Source: an uncultured virus (IMG/VR IMGVR_UViG_3300034683_000137)
Lineage: Duplodnaviria > Heunggongvirae > Uroviricota > Caudoviricetes
Virus record (IMG/VR): IMGVR_UViG_3300034683_000137
Length of the DNA stretch: 20,000 nt
Direction: 5' to 3' (one strand)
The notes under the pieces are model-generated. The model made no database searches. It was not told the origin of the DNA and saw only the letters and a list, made by a program, of their open reading frames with translations. Both the position numbers and the translations under genes were made by a program. Below are positions 17,039 through 20,000 of the stretch, piece by piece; position 1 is the stretch's first letter; each line of letters opens with the position of its first letter.

Positions 17039-17083
17039 TTAGATGAGGAGAGAGATTCTATTAATCTCTCTCCTCTTATCTAA
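17039..17083 (+). terminator. Long hairpin after the sheath gene (terminator or mRNA stabiliser)
   Basis: Perfect 13-bp stem GAGGAGAGAGATT (17045-17057) / AATCTCTCTCCTC (17063-17075) with a 5-nt loop, extended by TTAGAT/ATCTAA across a 2-nt bulge. No clear U-tract. Confidence 0.6.
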
Positions 17084-17133
17084 ATCAATGAATATTATTT
17101 AATTAAAAGATTGATAATATGGAGGTAATTGAA

Positions 17134-17916
17134 ATGGCAAAGACAGAATATATTTGTACATTAGAAGATGCTGACTTATTTGATGATAAATCTTTTAAAC
17201 GTATGTCTAGGGAGCATGAAGGAAAGACCTATTATGTAGTATTAGGTAAAAAGAAAGGTTCAACTTCAACTAGTGAGCAATCATATAGATATAAGAAAGA
17301 TGAATGGGATCAAAATGAAGCTAAAGCACACTGTAAAGAACACGATGGAACATTTATCACAGTTACAGAAGAAAATAAAAGAGTGACTGAAAGTAAACGA
17401 TTGACTGAAAATATCATTCAATCTATCATTAATGTAATTGCATCTGTTGATGAAAAAGAAGTTAATATTGTAAAACAGATATATGAAAAGGTCTCCTCTT
17501 CTGATAAAACAGTAGATGCTATGAAAGATAATCTGGCATATATAGAATCATTAATTCCTGATGCTGATATGTTTATTAATAGGGAGAACACTGATATAGC
17601 AGTACAAGAGGCTTATAATCTTTTTAATTCAATAACAGATGTAGATAAAAATAGTAAATGGTTATTAGCTAATATAATAGCAGTATTAGGTATTCATATG
17701 CGTACTGCAAGTGAGATAGCTGGTGTATGTAATAAATACAAAGATAGATTTGCAATGTTCAAATCTGCTGAAGTTGCTTTTACAATAGTAGCATTAGAAG
17801 TTGCTAAGAAAGTATTTAAAGTAATGTTACCTAATGATTGTGCAAAAATATTGATAGGAATGATTGTGATATTACTTAAAGATTCTTTAAATCTACCACC
17901 ATCTAACGTAGTATAG
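17134..17916 (+). CDS. Hypothetical two-domain phage protein
   Basis: Start moved to ATG 17134 because GGAGG lies at 17121-17125. Charged ~75-aa N-terminal domain followed by a helical, hydrophobic C-terminal region. Confidence 0.7.
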   Translation: MAKTEYICTLEDADLFDDKSFKRMSREHEGKTYYVVLGKKKGSTSTSEQSYRYKKDEWDQNEAKAHCKEHDGTFITVTEENKRVTESKRLTENIIQSIINVIASVDEKEVNIVKQIYEKVSSSDKTVDAMKDNLAYIESLIPDADMFINRENTDIAVQEAYNLFNSITDVDKNSKWLLANIIAVLGIHMRTASEIAGVCNKYKDRFAMFKSAEVAFTIVALEVAKKVFKVMLPNDCAKILIGMIVILLKDSLNLPPSNVV

Positions 17917-17966
17917 GTAATCAACTATTTAATGACATATATTATTAAGATTGGAGGATTATTAAT

Positions 17967-19883
17967 GTGGCTGTCCATGTAACTGAAGATGAAAAATACA
18001 TCTACGTATATAATATACATTATAAAATGTTTATGAAGCACATGGTTAGATTATATGGAACCAACATAATGGATGAAATAGGCCTATTTGGTCATATTAA
18101 GACTAGATGGTTTAAACACAGAGCCATTCTTCAATTTCATAAGTTCTTTGCACCAGAAGTATATTACCTTTTTGAGCAATTAGCAAATAAGTTTAGAAAA
18201 CGTAATTATATAAATATTGCTCAGCAATTAATAAATAATACTTGGTTGATAAGTGTTACCAAATCAATTCCTCCAATAGATTATTCTAAACTTGATGATT
18301 TAAACTGGGAATTAAAACCATATCAGAAAGAATTTATTGAGAGTTATTTTGAATCTAAAGTCAAACTTAACTTAAGAGGAGCTATATTAGCTTTTGAACA
18401 AGGTCTTGGTAAAACATTTACTGCTCTGGCTACTGCTAAAGTAATAGATAATAAACAGGTATTTATAATATGCCCTAAGTCAGTAGTTGATGTGTGGAGA
18501 AAAGAAATTGGTAAGGTATTTAAAACCAAATACAAAATTGCATATGTAGATGAAGATCCAGTTTCCACAGATTATGATTATGTAATAAGTAATTATGAGA
18601 GAGTAAACAAAGCTGCAGATTATTTACTGGATGGAAATATTACTATGATTATTGATGAATCTCATAATATTAGATATATGGATACTAAACGTGCTGGTGA
18701 TATCTTAGCATTAAGAAATGCAAAACATATAAATGATATTATGGCATTATCAGGCACACCAATAAAAGCATTGGCTTCAGAGCTTATCCCAATAATAGCT
18801 TTATTGGATCCATTATTTGATAAAGAAGCTATGAGACTTTTTATGAACGTATATAAGAAATATAGAGAATTTGCATATGACATTTTGCAATATAGATTAA
18901 GTATAATGATGGACAGAAAGCTGAAATCAGAAGTTCTAAATTTACCAGAAAAGCACATAGCTAATCTATGGCTAAAGATAAAAAATCCTGAAAAATATTT
19001 AATAGATAATATTGTAAAAGATATGCATGATTACATGGAGAAACGTTTTAATGAACTTGTTAAGAATACTGATAAATATATAAAAGATTTTGATATAGTA
19101 ATAGAATATTGTGAGAATAATAATGTTATAACTCGTAAAGAAGCTAAGTTTATGAAGAAGATGATACGTAATTATGATATTAAGAAGATAGATGATATAA
19201 ATAGATTTAATTTCATCTACAATGTATGTTTTAATTGGTTGAATACACATGATAAACGTCTTAGAGATTTATTAAGACAAACAAAAGTATCTATCACTAA
19301 TGCTATTATGAAAGCATTAGGAGAAGCAATGGGTCAAATATATACAAAACGTAAGATTCAAGCTATAAATGATATGGTGTCTGAAAACTTAGATGTTATA
19401 ATTGCTCTTATTAATAAAGCAGAAAAGAAAACCATTATTTGGTCTACATTTAAAGATACTATCTCTAATACTTCAAATTTATTAAATGCTAAGGGTGTTA
19501 AACATGTAGTAGTAACTGGAGATACTAAAGATAGTGATGAAGTTTTAAAGCAATTTAGATTATATGATGATATAGATGTACTTATAGCATCATTAAAGAA
19601 GCTATCAACTGGTGTTACCTTAATTGAGGCTAATCAAGCCATATTTTTAGATTTACCTTATAGGGATGCTGATTTTCAGCAAGCTGTTGATAGGATACAT
19701 AGAATTGGTCAGGATACAGAAGTATATATATGGAAAGCTTTATTAAATACAAAGAAACCAAATATACTCACACATACTCATGATATAATGCAATGGTCTG
19801 CACAGATGAGTTCTATTGTTATGGGTAGTAAACAACCACCAATAGAAAATAGAAGAAGAATAAATAATGTTCTTTTTATCTAA
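17967..19883 (+). CDS. SNF2-family (superfamily 2) helicase/ATPase
   Basis: 'LKPYQ', Walker A 'FEQGLGKT', Ia 'IICPKS', II 'IIDESH', III 'LSGTP', V 'STGVTL', VI 'QAVDRIHRIGQ'; SD GGAGG and GTG start. Confidence 0.93.
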   Translation: MAVHVTEDEKYIYVYNIHYKMFMKHMVRLYGTNIMDEIGLFGHIKTRWFKHRAILQFHKFFAPEVYYLFEQLANKFRKRNYINIAQQLINNTWLISVTKSIPPIDYSKLDDLNWELKPYQKEFIESYFESKVKLNLRGAILAFEQGLGKTFTALATAKVIDNKQVFIICPKSVVDVWRKEIGKVFKTKYKIAYVDEDPVSTDYDYVISNYERVNKAADYLLDGNITMIIDESHNIRYMDTKRAGDILALRNAKHINDIMALSGTPIKALASELIPIIALLDPLFDKEAMRLFMNVYKKYREFAYDILQYRLSIMMDRKLKSEVLNLPEKHIANLWLKIKNPEKYLIDNIVKDMHDYMEKRFNELVKNTDKYIKDFDIVIEYCENNNVITRKEAKFMKKMIRNYDIKKIDDINRFNFIYNVCFNWLNTHDKRLRDLLRQTKVSITNAIMKALGEAMGQIYTKRKIQAINDMVSENLDVIIALINKAEKKTIIWSTFKDTISNTSNLLNAKGVKHVVVTGDTKDSDEVLKQFRLYDDIDVLIASLKKLSTGVTLIEANQAIFLDLPYRDADFQQAVDRIHRIGQDTEVYIWKALLNTKKPNILTHTHDIMQWSAQMSSIVMGSKQPPIENRRRINNVLFI

Positions 19884-19931
19884 AATAAGCAAGAAGACTC
19901 CCACCTCTTTAGGTGGGAGATGAATTGGGGC

Positions 19932-19960
19932 TCGACAAAATATAAATATAATATTAAAAT
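19932..19960 (+). promoter_or_regulatory. Probable sigma-A-type promoter in the second element
   Basis: TCGACA (19932-19937), 17-nt spacer, TAAAAT (19955-19960); followed by SD AGGTAGGTGA (19971-19980). Confidence 0.55.
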
Positions 19961-19985
19961 AAAATTAGAAAGGTAGGTGAAATAC

Positions 19986-20000
19986 TTGAAAATAATATTA
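19986..20000 (+). CDS. Start of an IS-encoded ORF (MKIIL..., possibly tnpB or tnpA), truncated
   Basis: TTG start after a strong SD inside the second element; only 5 codons are visible. Confidence 0.45.

Larger units (their letters stand above)
19880..20000 (+). mobile_element. Left end of a second IS200/IS605-family element (runs off the window)
   Basis: TTTAT (19875-19879), then AAGCAAGAAGA, hairpin CTCCCACCT-cttt-AGGTGGGAG (19898-19919) and ATGAATTG, all homologous to 3013-3053. Confidence 0.85.

Noticed and set aside
975..19250. Short ORF-track entries overlapping long genes (e.g. 975-1190, 4342-4542, 4829-5047, 9375-9602, 16360-16587, 18662-18958)
   Set aside because: They are antisense or out-of-frame shadows of well-supported genes, with no recognisable motifs.
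1..20000. Stop-codon reassignment
   Set aside because: Standard-code ORFs tile the window densely, and TAA, TAG and TGA each end genes that are followed by a new SD and start.

Overview
Very AT-rich window from a large contractile-tailed (myovirus/jumbo-like) phage or prophage; nearly all genes are on the + strand. It encodes baseplate wedge/hub-like proteins, a repeat-rich tail fibre, a T4-type terminase large subunit, a tail sheath and an SNF2-family helicase. The gene order is unusual: no portal follows the terminase and no tube follows the sheath. The best-resolved system is a complete TnpA-less IS200/IS605-family element (3005-4585). It carries tnpB with a rearranged RuvC site, an unannotated divergent 51-aa ribbon-helix-helix gene, overlapping consensus sigma-A-type promoters, both end hairpins with matching guide/cleavage tetramers, and a predicted omega-RNA. 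The left end of a second, diverged element begins at 19880. Both elements sit after TTTAT inside a phage gene's reading frame and supply that gene's stop codon. Also notable is a 335-aa exonuclease-less family-B-polymerase-like protein right after the terminase. All protein calls are by-eye motif recognition; no searches were run.
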